From Lingula anatina (Eukaryota; Animalia; Brachiopoda): 64,000 nt of DNA. Below, in pieces: positions 25,096-36,700 of the stretch. The stretch covers positions 32,507,967 through 32,571,966 of the forward strand of contig CM120640.1 of assembly GCA_051362555.1 (NCBI GenBank). Direction: 5' to 3'. Under the pieces are notes generated by a model, which was not told the DNA's origin, searched no databases, and worked only from the letters and a program-made list of their open reading frames with translations. Positions within the stretch are counted from its first letter, which is position 1. Each line of letters opens with the position of its first letter. The position numbers and the translations under genes are program-made.

Positions 25096-28000
25096 CTACT
25101 GAAGGAAAGAAAGAATGTATACTAGTGTCAAACTATGGGACAAATTAGTACCTTCAATTGCAGGAAGAGGAGGAGACATCTCTCTGTAAGGGGGTGGGAC
25201 TGGTAACATTCTGCTATCAAAATAAGAAACCCCCACTTCCTCAATGACTCTAGGATAGGAAACCATGTATGGCGAAAACCTTCTGTAAGGAACAGTTCCA
25301 ATCACTATCGGCAAATGGACTGACAAGTTGTAAGCCCCTGGAATGTGGAGAGCTACCTGAAAGTTAAAGAAAACAAACACATGAAATGTGCCTATTTTAA
25401 AGCTAATAATTTTGATATAGCCCAACTTCATTCATCCATGGTTAATATTAGTGAAAACTTCAATTAGACAAATATAATTGGAAATACAATTCAAAATTTG
25501 TAGACTAAAATGAATTCACAACATCTTTCCTACCTCTATTCTAGTAATTTTTTCAACTACATAAATCACAGCTTACTATACCTTTACATAGTACTCCACT
25601 TTAATAATTCCACAGTTGATAATAGATGGAGACACTGCAGGGATCTTGAGTAGCTGAGCATCCCAAGTAGCCCTATTACCAGGTGTGATTGGCAAGCCTA
25701 AAAATATAGACAGAAAGAAATTTTACAGACAAGCAAGTATCCAATGGATGTTGATACTGCATTTGTTTTAATCACATTTCTTTGTACTGATACAAAAAGG
25801 TGTACATTAGTTATTCATAATAGCTTTAGTATTGATAATGGATACACTAGATCCAATCTATGTTGTATGTCAATTACAACCTGGAAATTCAAAGAAATAC
25901 CAGACACGAGCGGCGACGAGCCTAGGTTTCAAAAAAAAAAAAAAAACTCTCTGAATATTTATCCTCCCAGATTTTATTGCAGATCTTGACAAATCTCAGG
26001 AACCATAAGAACTGAATTAAAAAACACAGAATTCTGTTTCCATGGAAAAAGCTCAGCTCTGATGATATAAATTTGATTAAAACTTAATTTGTTTTGGCAT
26101 CACATGTCAAACTTGGAAGTATCATTTACCACATGAATACTTATGCACAACAGCAGACAATATAATATAAATGCACTTCTTACATAATCTGCCCCTACCA
26201 CATTTTGTAGTATATACATACATGTATCTGATAATACACACCTCAAGCAACTAAAATTTTGGAGCTGTTACGGGATATCGGACAGGGCCGTAGCCAGCAA
26301 TTTCAAAAGGAGGGTTCTTTTTCTGAAAGAGTAGACCCATAAAACCTGTGTGTGCCTAGATAAAAAATTTCCCCAGAGGGGACCTTTCCGAGAAAAAAAG
26401 TGGTTCCAACGAACCCCCCAAACCTCCTTGTGTAATGGGCCTGTATAACCATCTGCTGTATTTCCATTACCTGTCAATACGGTAAACTTGGTGCTCCTCA
26501 ATCGCGACTTTCCATTAGCAAAGAAAGTTTGTGTCTGGTGAAGAGTGGCATATGGGATGATAGTTCTTGAGGAATGGTTCTCAAAATCGGCAGATATAGC
26601 AATTGATTCCCCTGAAAGCATTCAATTCTATATAAAAAACATTTTGTGCCATTTATCTAACTGCCCTGTAAAACCTTTAAAAAAGTTTAAGTTAAAAATA
26701 TTGTTTAAAAAAGCTGATAATATAACTTACAGGTACTCCAACAAATGAGAATCAGATAAGTCAGTTTCCAACTGGGACACAATCAAAATGGAAGTCTTCA
26801 CCCATGCATTCGTTACACATATACATGTTGCAAGGAGTGGTAATTTTCAACTGCCTGCTAACCAAGGCCATATTCCCATACTACTTAGTAACACTCACTG
26901 TGAATTGGAAATACATCACTAAAGTAATGGCTTTGTGGCCATTACAAAAACTACAAAAATGTGATGCTCAACCCCTGTATTACATATTCAGATATGAACA
27001 TGTCCAGGTGTGGTTTTTCACTCACCTGGGCAGTATCCTCTCCTGTCTGTTCTGGCACATACTGAGATAGGGCCAGATATACATAGCCAGCAGCACAGAG
27101 ACTTCTCCACACTGTTTTCAACTGGAAGCTGAATTGTACAACACAAGTGAATGAAACTACGGAGTTGATTTTGATACTGATAAGAAGTTGAACCTCAATT
27201 TTTTTTTTTTTTTTGGGGGGGGGGATACTTTTATAAAGAATCAAATGTCCTAGAGGTCCTCTCACCAATTAATGCTCAACTGAAAACCAAAATATAATAA
27301 TGGATAAATTTTTTGTTTTAAAACAACATTTTTTTTCACATACAAAATATTTGCACATTGGACTTTGACATAATATTTTTTTAAGTAACTGTCTTTTTGG
27401 TCAATAGTCACTTTTAAGTTTCACTACTTTTTAAAAAATTCATCTTACCTGATATTCTTGTTTGTTGATATCAATTGGGCTGATGACTGTAAATGCCTTT
27501 TTTGTCTTGTGATTAAAAGCCCAAGGTTTCTCAAGTTCCCCTTTTAACCAGTAACGAATATTACCATGCTTTCCTTCAAATGAAGTAGCAATGCACCTAA
27601 AAATAAACAATTTTCTTTGTGGTCACTTTATCTAACTAGGGCAATGAAAGGAACAAAAGATAGCAAATCAAGAAAACAGAAAGTTAAAGGGATAATAACT
27701 CTTCGTATGATATCTATATTTCACAATAAAAACATTGTGAACAAATCATAGAAATATAATATATTCTGTTTTACCACAAAAACGGCAGATATAGCTATTA
27801 TTCTGATATCTGAGCTTGTCTTCAGATCACGTGACCTCCATTGATGGCTGTACTCTGTTATAATCTCTTAAGAGAATTTAACAAAAAAACAAAATTTTTT
27901 AGAAAAAAAAACAGGGACTAACTTTGAATGTAAAAATGAATTCATTAACCATTGGTAAGTATGGGAAAATTAACAAGTTGTTTCAGGGATTTTTGATTCC

Positions 28001-29792
28001 AAGTTTATACCAGAATTATACTTACTGAAAGGGAAGTTCGAAGCAAAATTCAAACTCATGTCTACCATCTGACAGAGTTTCTCGAGGTTGGTCTGGAATA
28101 TCTAAGAAAAACACCACAGATTCTTTTATAAGCAAGTTAAAAGTAATGAACTTGACTTAGCACTATTCATATCTAACCCATGTAACCATTTTCTTTTCTT
28201 TCTAGAGGTCTGTTTATTTTGAACTTAATGTAATTTATTGTTTAAATTTGCATTGCTTCCACCTTAATTGGTTGCTATAATTTAAAATAAACTTATTATT
28301 CTAACCTTAAAATTTTGCAATTTGTGTTTTTTTTCCTTGAATACAAAATATGCTCTGATGAAATGGCAGCTGCAGTTCTCATATAACATCATTATTTGCA
28401 ATAGCATGCATGAACAGACCATATTACATTCGGTTCCTAACAAATGTTCAATCAAGTTATTTCCCTTATAATTGAATTTCACAGTAATGCCTGCCACTTT
28501 TATCCTATAGTTTCCAGGACACATGGGATGGGATTACAGAAATAATGAGGAACACTGCTATGATGTGCACATTAACATCAGTTAATCAAACATAGGGACC
28601 ATTCCCACAATCCTATCGTTCTAGCAGGATCGATTTATCTTCAAGGGGATTCTCCCTAAATCCTATTCAGTTTAATCGTGCAAGAAAGTTAATAACCCCT
28701 CTAGCAGCTTCAGTGGACATTACAGACATTTAAGCTGCTTAAACTAAATGCAATTTAATGAGAATCCCCTCGAAGTTAGATTGATCCTGCTAGTATGATA
28801 GGTTTATGGGAACCCAGTCCTAATCTCAATCATTGAAGTGTCATATATAATTACTCCTTCTTCTTCTGCCAGCTACATATTGTGTATGGCATCACTTATA
28901 TATGCATTTATCAGGCCCGTAGCCAGCAATTTCAAAAGGGGGGTTCTTTTTCTGAAAAAGTGGACCTTTTCCCATTAAAACTTCATGTGCCTCGATCAAA
29001 TTTTACCCAGAGTGGAACTTTTCCCAGCAAAAGGGGCGGTTCTTTCGAACCCCCCCGAACCCCCCCTGGCTACGGGCCTGTTTATCTTTAAAAAAAACAT
29101 TTGCTTTTAACTACTCATCCAATTTCTAACTAGCTATGGCTGTCCATTTAATAAAGAGACATATTTGTGAATATCTGTGAAAACTAAATCTGTCGCCCTG
29201 GTAGAGGGTAGTACTTCCCCCAGATTTTTTTCTTTTTCTTCCCAGACAAAGACAAGCAGAAAACTTTTCCATATCTCCCCTGGGCCTTCCTCATTACCTG
29301 TTAATGCACATAAACTGGCCTAGGGCCTCAAATTGCAATGTTTCATTTTAAGTCAGAATGCTTCAAACACTGTATTTTCATGTTGTGATATACTAACGAA
29401 ACACGCAAATCACAACATTTAGACTTTTGAAACAACTGTTCTATTTGTCTCCTAAGTAAACATTATAACTACTCTTTGCCAGAACATGAATTATGATAAT
29501 TCTACAATCAACTTCTACTGTCATTCTCACCTGCACCATGCAGTGTCTGTCGCTTGAAAAAGTACTCAACTTCAGAATTATAATGTTCTGTGTATGATCC
29601 CAGTCTTGTTCCCGTGCTTCGTGGCTCAGTCCAATGCACCTTGGCAAGACCTCTCATGAATATCTTGAGCGCTTTCAGCTTCAGTTCACCTTTCACATCA
29701 ACTACACATTTCCCTTGCACTCGTTCACCAGGATGGAAAACGCTTCGATTATTATCGAGTACTATCTCAAAGCTTTTTAATTTCCCCATCAT
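23841..29792 (-). CDS. Arrestin domain-containing protein (alpha-arrestin, ARRDC2/3/4/TXNIP-like), 9 coding exons
   Basis: Exons 29792-29531, 28101-28026, 27596-27449, 27128-27026, 26611-26471, 25697-25582, 25356-25152, 24557-24400, 23912-23841; all introns GT-AG with consistent phase. Motifs VFHPGERVQG, AKVHWTE, ATSFEGKHGNIRY, GYCPGESI, LPIVIGTVP; PY motifs PPPY, PPTY, PPAY in the tail. Confidence 0.95.
25052..25095. repeat. (TAAA)n microsatellite
   Basis: About 11 units in an ARRDC intron. Confidence 0.95.
26283..26443. mobile_element. Short CAGG-terminated MITE, diverged copy of 28912-29080
   Basis: CAGGGCCGTAGCCAGCAATTTCAAAAGG ... AATGGGCCTG; collinear with 28912-29080; no intact TSD. 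Confidence 0.75.
28594..28821. mobile_element. MITE with ~60 bp imperfect TIRs (PIF/Harbinger-like)
   Basis: TTCCCACAATCCTATCGTTCTAGCAGGATC...GGGGATTCTC pairs with GAGAATCCCC...GATCCTGCTAGTATGATAGGTTTATGGGAA. Confidence 0.7.
28912..29080. mobile_element. CAGG-terminated MITE with 5-bp TSD (hAT-like)
   Basis: TIR CAGGCCCGTAGCCAG / CTGGCTACGGGCCTG; TSD TTTAT at 28907-28911 and 29081-29085. A lone left end also occurs at 60902. Confidence 0.85.
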
Positions 29793-30211
29793 ACAAAGCC
29801 CAGGCTACTCGCAAGAAAACAACAAAGCACCATCGCCCAGAAACTGCCAGCTAGCTGTCATTCCCCATTCATTTTCTGTTGACACCGGAAGCATAGCTTT
29901 TATTTTTGCGCTTGCGCGCTGATGCTCAACTTTCGCGGAATTTTCCTTGTTTATGTTGATTAAAATATTTTAATTTCTTGAATTTGAATAAAATTTGGTT
30001 TGTGTCATTAAAAAAAGTGAAGTATTTAGTAATATCTTTATTCTACCATTTTAATAAGGTCATCAAAGTTCAAAGGTTACGTATTGGGCTAATATCAGCC
30101 AATAGCACGAACACACCTCAACGTGCTACTTAACAGCCATTTTGAGCTGTCTGCTCGGTGCAAGTGGTTCGAATCGTTCTGGCAAATTTATCTGTTTTAA
30201 AGTCAAAGAAA
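29793..30211. promoter_or_regulatory. Probable bidirectional promoter between ARRDC and PPIB
   Basis: Divergent ATGs about 420 bp apart; ACCGGAAG (ETS-type) at ~29883, TTTCGCGG at ~29931, ATTGG/CCAAT at ~30084 and ~30099. Confidence 0.7.
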
Positions 30212-32949
30212 ATGAGGATACTCGTGGGAGGCATTGCACTCACTGGGATAGTGCTTCTGGTTGTCCCAGCTCTACTTGCCAAAGATTCAAAAGGCCCAAA
30301 AGTAACTGATAAGGTAATATTGGCAAGTGAAATGCACGTGTGGCTTTTCCTCGGTAAAATGCACCGGTACGTGCATGATGTAGTCCCAAAAGTGTTTTTT
30401 TTTTTTTTTTTTTTTTTTGCATTCATGTGTTTGATTTTTCAAATGTAGTGTTGTGTCCAGCTGACAGTTTCCATTATCCATTAGATGCATTACTGGGTAG
30501 CAATACAATTTATATGTCATCCTTTGTTATATACTGGTAGTTGCATTTTAAAAAATATAAATTGTAACATTAAATGTTCTTTATCATTTAGAATGTTTTA
30601 GTTTTTGTTTGTTAGTTTTTTCACTTCTAAAATAATGTCTAAAAGACCTGAATACGTTACATAATAGAAGCTAGTAAAACTTTGGGTTCCATTATTTTTT
30701 TAAGCAGAGTAACTGTTTTGTATATATACATATATGTGAAGTAGGTAAAGTGAAAGAATTTTTATCAGTAGATGCATGGAATATGAGAAGTACAAATGGA
30801 TTCAATGTATCTTCCAAATCAAAGGCAATAGAACTTGATCTCTTTGTTCTATATAGTACAGAAAACAAATATTGTATTTTACTTTAAGGAAATAGCTGTG
30901 AGACTACTGTATGTTCTTTGGTATTTTTCAAAGTTACACCATTAAAAACTATATGATGGCATTTGGTTGGGTTTAGTGGCAAAGATTACTTTTAATTGAA
31001 TTTAAAGCAGTTGAAGAATACCAATGTGTACTAGAAAAAAAAACATTTTTTTTTCTTTTATAAGGTTTATTTTGATATTGAAATTGGTGGCGAGAAGCAA
31101 GGTCGAATAACTATTGGGCTGTTTGGAAAAACAGTTCCAAAGACAGCGAAAAATTTCAAAACATTAGCAGAAGGATCAATGGAGGTATGCTTTTTCATAG
31201 TTGGCTTAATAATCCTTTACCAAACATCTTTATTGCTGCATTAATTACTTAACTAAGTGCCAACCTTAATTTTTGATATGGTCAGGATCTTCAGCATCAA
31301 TTGACATTTTATAGTTTATTTATGATTCATTATATATTTTAGAGTAGATGTCATTTTATAAACTCTCTTGAAACATTTTATTTAAACTTCAGAAAGATGG
31401 CAAGAAACTTACATACAAGGGAAGCAAGTTTCATAGAGTTATCAAAGACTTCATGATCCAAGGAGGGGATTTTACCAAGGGAGATGGAACTGGAGGTAGA
31501 AATCCTGTTTAAGTTCTAATTTATTTTATGGCTTATGGTAATGACTCGATCTTTTCAATGGGGAAAAGTGTGAATTTTACAGATGCTGTATTTTTTAAGG
31601 CTTAATTTCTTAACACAAGAGCAATCTCTTTCAGTGATGGCAACAAAATTTAAATTTAGTTCTATTCTATGCATTAAAAGCACCACAAATGCCATACAAA
31701 AATATAATTTTTATGGTCCTAAATTGATGTATCAGAAACTGTGATAATTTTTGCCCATTGAAAAGATGGAGTCATTACCGTTACGGTAGTAACTGTAAAA
31801 AATAAAAAGACAAGATTGTGACTGTGTGCAATGTTGCAATAAACACGTTTTCCGAAGATTAACAGCTTAACCTTTCACTGGGAGACATCCATGCATGAAA
31901 AGTGTACCACATTAAACTCTGCATGGCTCAACACTTTGGAATCCCAAAAAATTGTTCAAGTTGCACAAAGATTCCAATTAAGCAATGTTCACATTTATTT
32001 TATCTTATCCCAAAAGAAAAAAAAAATGTTCCGTATGAGATAATGATAAATCAGGCTATAAGATAAGGAGCCTACTTTTCATGAAATAATGATTAAGAAA
32101 CCACTGATTTCTTCTTTTTATACAGGTGCCAGCATTTATGGAGATCGTTTTGAAGATGAAAATTTTAAGCTGAAGCATTATGGATCTGGTTGGTTGAGCA
32201 TGGCTAATGCTGGCAAGGACACAAACGGATCTCAGTTCTTCATAACGACTAAAAAGACAAATTGGTTGGATGGAAGACACGTTGTATTTGGAATTGTCTT
32301 GGAGGGAATGGTCAGTGTACTATTGATCTGAAGTTGAATGAAAATGATCAAATGTAATATAATGTGGAGGAGTTGTTATAAATTGCACCACCCTGTTATC
32401 TAAAGATGTTGCAGGGCTTGAAATCCCTATTGCCTACTTGCTGAGCAGAGCAAGTGGCAGAAAGTAGGCCAACCCTGTATAGGTGTTGGGTATGTTAGCT
32501 CTAGTTGCAATCAGTGTTTGCCTCTTAGGAAAATTAGTTGCTGGACCGAAAGTTCAGCCATCTTGAGAAGTAGCTGGCTCGAATGTCTGCCGGGTGGGAA
32601 AACTTCTCAGCCCGTTCTGAAAGTTGTCAGCCCCGGGCAAACGGTCCAGCCTTAATTTCTAACACTGGTTGCAATGTTAACTGTTGAAATTGAAAAATTT
32701 CTATTACAATAATCTTATATTTTTTGCATTTACTATCATTGAAAATACCAACGTTAAATATTAGTGAAATTATCATGCAAAAAAAATGTGCCAAAATCTT
32801 TTCCTTTTTTTCAGAATGTGGTGAGAAAAATTGAAAATACAAGCACTTCACAAAATGACAGACCTTCTAAAGATGTTGTAATAGTGGATTGCGGCGTACT
32901 GCCTCTTGACAAACCATTCGCTGTTGGCAAAGGTGATGCTGCAGAGTAA
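30212..32949 (+). CDS. PPIB: Peptidyl-prolyl cis-trans isomerase B (cyclophilin B), 5 exons
   Basis: Exons 30212-30313, 31065-31184, 31393-31495, 32126-32310, 32815-32949. Hydrophobic signal peptide, [78 protein letters not shown] at ~33214 and ~33304. Confidence 0.97.
31536..31780. mobile_element. MITE with ~30 bp TIRs in a PPIB intron
   Basis: GGTAATGACTCGATCTTTTCAATGGG / CCCATTGAAAAGATGGAGTCATTACC. Confidence 0.7.
32412..32667. mobile_element. Degenerate hAT-like MITE
   Basis: Ends CAGGGCTTGAAAT / ATTTCTAACACTG with a GC-richer interior; TSD unclear. Confidence 0.45.
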
Positions 32950-33504
32950 AGGACCAAATAGCTTTATAATCTTTTTTTTTTTTTTAACTTCAAGTAAAAA
33001 TTAATGGGTCCATAAGATACAATTACCAAAATACCTATTTTGTCATTCAGTTTCATGTTTTGTGATGGTATGCCCTAATTTTGTTTGTCCATTGAGTGCT
33101 GAACTAGTTGGAAAGACTAGTTGGAGAATAAGTTAATACAAGTGCAGAAGAATCTTGCAATGAGCAGACTGTCAAATAATTACTTTCAAGAAAACGTTTT
33201 TTGAATTTACAGTAATAAAAATATACAAATGTGATATTGCATTGATGCCTGTGTGTACAGGGGGGAATCAGCCTTTTGTTCAATTAATGGATGCAATAAC
33301 AAGAATAAACAACTTTTGAACATAACTTGTTTTGTTCTATAGTGCATGTATGTCAAAAACCAAAAAGGTCACAAAATAAAAGGAAATGCATGAACTCTGT
33401 CAATAACTTGAAGAGACCCAGATTTATGTATTGTCCAGCAAACAAATTGCCTCCCACCTCCTGAGGTACATGCATTATGCCCGAATAACAGCATGCAGGT
33501 GTGG

Positions 33505-33708
33505 CAATCCTACAAATCACTTCATTCAATTGTAGATATCTCCAACATAAAAAACAATTTCCAAGGTTTCACGTACAAATCTCCTTCCATTCAACTGCAG
33601 ATATCTCCAACCTCTAAAAACAGTTTCCAAGGTTTCACCTACAAATCTATTTCCATTCAATTATAAATATCTCCAACCTCCAAAAACAATTTCCAAGGTT
33701 TCACCCTC
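33505..33708. repeat. Three-copy ~65-66 bp tandem repeat spanning the PTCD2-like stop codon
   Basis: CATTCAAYTRYARATATCTCCAAC...AAAAACARTTTCCAAGGTTTCAC at ~33523, ~33588 and ~33654. Confidence 0.9.
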
Positions 33709-36700
33709 AAAACCAAAGTTTTATCTGTTTTGTTTGAATATTTTTGGGGGTTTTCTTTTTCTGGGGTTTTTAAATTATAAAGTACAGCTTTTTCGGTACG
33801 TAGCATTTCATCAAGTGTCTCTTGCCTTGTTAAGTTTTTCAAGGTAACTTCTTTCAGCAGTTTTTCATGCATGCTTTTATATTCATCTACTTCTGGGATG
33901 ACTTTAGTTAACTCAGCCATCTGGAATAAAAAATTAAGAACAAATATCTTGGTTCTCCGGGGTTTCTAGGATGAGTGAACTAAGATCATGACAATTTACT
34001 GTTAATGACTTGGACATTCTTTATTTTAAATACAACCTGAAAATGGCAATTGGCATTGGCTAAATTATTTTGGCAATTTCACAAACCTGCCACTGTAACA
34101 TATAAAGCAAGAGGATCAGAGAGGCGATATCGCCTCCAGGTATTGTACCACTAGCTGGATTAAAAGCACTTGCATGGAAAAAAAGGGATACCACCTCCAG
34201 TGTTGTACTTGACAAGCTCTAAAAAATATAGTAAACAAGACCCCCCCCCCCCCCCTTCTCTTTTCTTACTTTTCTTTATTTATTTATTTATTTATTATTT
34301 TTTTTTTTTAAATTTGATTTATAAGAAAAAATCGTGGGGAAAAGTAAAAGGTAAAATTCAGGGTTGCAGTAAGACTGTGAATATAGGATATATATATGGG
34401 TACATAGGCTCTTGTAGTCTAGGGAGAAGCGGTAACATGGCAAGGGACGCGACAGGTAGGGACTAAAACCATGTGTACCGCCAGTGCCGTGCTAGTGGTA
34501 CAATAATTTAAATTCCATTTTCACTTGCCTTGGTGTACAGGAGTTGGGGTTGCATAGATCATAGACTACATATTTTACTAAAAAAGAGAATGAGGGTATT
34601 AAGTAATCTGTGAATTATTAAATAGTGCACGGACTTACCACATCTGATGCAAAGAGTGCTCTTTGAGGGATGTTTGAATTGTTCAAGAGGTCATTTGCCA
34701 TTTTTATTGCATGCTCCCAATCCTTTGAGGCTAAATAAAACACCACCTTCAAAAAATTATAAATTCATTAGGAAAGGGCTTTAAAAATGTCTTTCATATC
34801 TAGTTTTGACAAAAGGTTAAATTTCAGGAGGATGCACAAAAAATTCTTTCGTTCAAATAATATTCAATTCAGAATTACAGCTATCAGTATAATCACCACA
34901 ACAAAATTCATTTGATAAAATGAACATGCCTGTAACAACAGGCTTCCCTTAAAAAATAGTGCATTTACTTGATCTATGGTCTAATTCTTACCTGTGTATT
35001 TATAAGCAATTTATCTGGCTTTGTCCAGTGCTCCGTATACTCAAACAAAACTTGTTCTGCATATTCCATGTCCCCCTGTGCAAAAGAAAATAAATTCACC
35101 CTGCATTCACAACAACGGACTAACTAGTCCGCGGATCAAATATGGCCGAACCATTTGAATGTTTGTTGCGAAAACCCTTCCGGGAATCTCTCCAGTGTCT
35201 ATAAGGGGATTAAACTGCAAGCTTTTTACTGGGTCGCCATATTGGATCCGCGGACTAGTTATTGTGAATGGGACCAAAGTAACTCTAATTTGCTACTTAA
35301 CATTGTTAATATAATCTAAATTTCATTAGAGGATCAGAGGGGCAATACCACTGATATTGTGCCACCAGTGAGATTAAGTGCATTCAAGGTCAAAGGTAGC
35401 TATGGATGTATCACTTCCTGTTTGGAAGACATAAGGGCTACCTTCTACCGGGCGAGTGATAGATTTTTTACAGATATTCACAGATATGTCTCTAGCTAGA
35501 TAGATGGTCATTTAAAGCTCAACTCACCCTGTTGAGAAATCTCAAGGCTGATTACATGGCTGATAATTGTTTGCATAACTGCTCAGGCACTGCCACTTGG
35601 CAGGTCCAGTCTAAGTCTGCGTGACAGCAATCAAGACAGTTAATTACTCTGACTTCAATCACTTGCTCTACTGTGACAGATAAAAAAGCCTTAGACTGGT
35701 TGCGTAACGAGCAGTTATCACATCATTGTGAAGCTCAGCTCATGCAGAGCAAGTACAAAGCCTTTGGCGCGCGTGCAGAGATAATTGTTTCCACATGGGA
35801 TTCCTCAACAGGGTGAGTTGAGCTTTACATGACCATCTATCTAGCTAGAGACATATCTGTGAATATCTGTAAAAAATCTATCACTCGCCCGGGTAGAGGG
35901 TACATAAGGGCTAGGAAGTTTGCAAAGTGCATCTCACAGTGGAAAGTAAGGAAAGGATAAAAATTCAAGATCACATCAAGATTACCAATATACGATTTCC
36001 CATTCAACAGAAAGCAAAACAGAAACTTTGGGTGTATCTCTGCTAATTCTGGAGACATAAGGGCTCGAAAACTTGTGTTTCATGGCAAAAAGTAGGTTAA
36101 ACACCATCTTCAAGTTCAGTAGTTTCTGTGGGTGAATCTCTGCTAGTTTTGGAGAAATAAAGTCTACAAAATTTGCAAAATGCATTTTATGGGGAAAAGT
36201 AGGTCAAAGGTCAAACTAGAGGATCAGAGAGGCGATATTACCTCCTGATATACAGTAGTACCACCAGCAGGTGCATTCAAGTTGAAGGGGAAGTATGGAT
36301 GAATGTGTGTTAGTTTTGGAAAAGTAGGGTAATAGTAGGGCAAATATGGTGAGAGTATTTTATGGGGAAAAATAAGCTTAAGGTCCAATTTAAATGTAGA
36401 TGAAGATGCTCAATGTGTGATTGTTTATGGATTATGCAGTTTGTATATATAGCCTATAGTTTAGTTGATTGATTTTATTGTACGTAGACAGTGTTCCCGA
36501 AAAACATGTCCATCATTAATTGAAAATGTCCGACGTGAAACGTCAGCATGTCAGTCAATGTCAGTCATTGTCTGTACTATCAAATGTCCCGGGCCAGATG
36601 CCAGTGCTTTTTGCCACTGCATGGAGTGCCCTGGCTGAAAAAGTAGAATATGCGTTGATACTAGTGTTGCCATAACAAGCATTTTCTAGCCTCCTTACGA

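Noticed and set aside
30084-30120. ER stress element upstream of PPIB
   Set aside because: CCAAT-N9 is followed by ACACC, not CCACG; the match is too weak.
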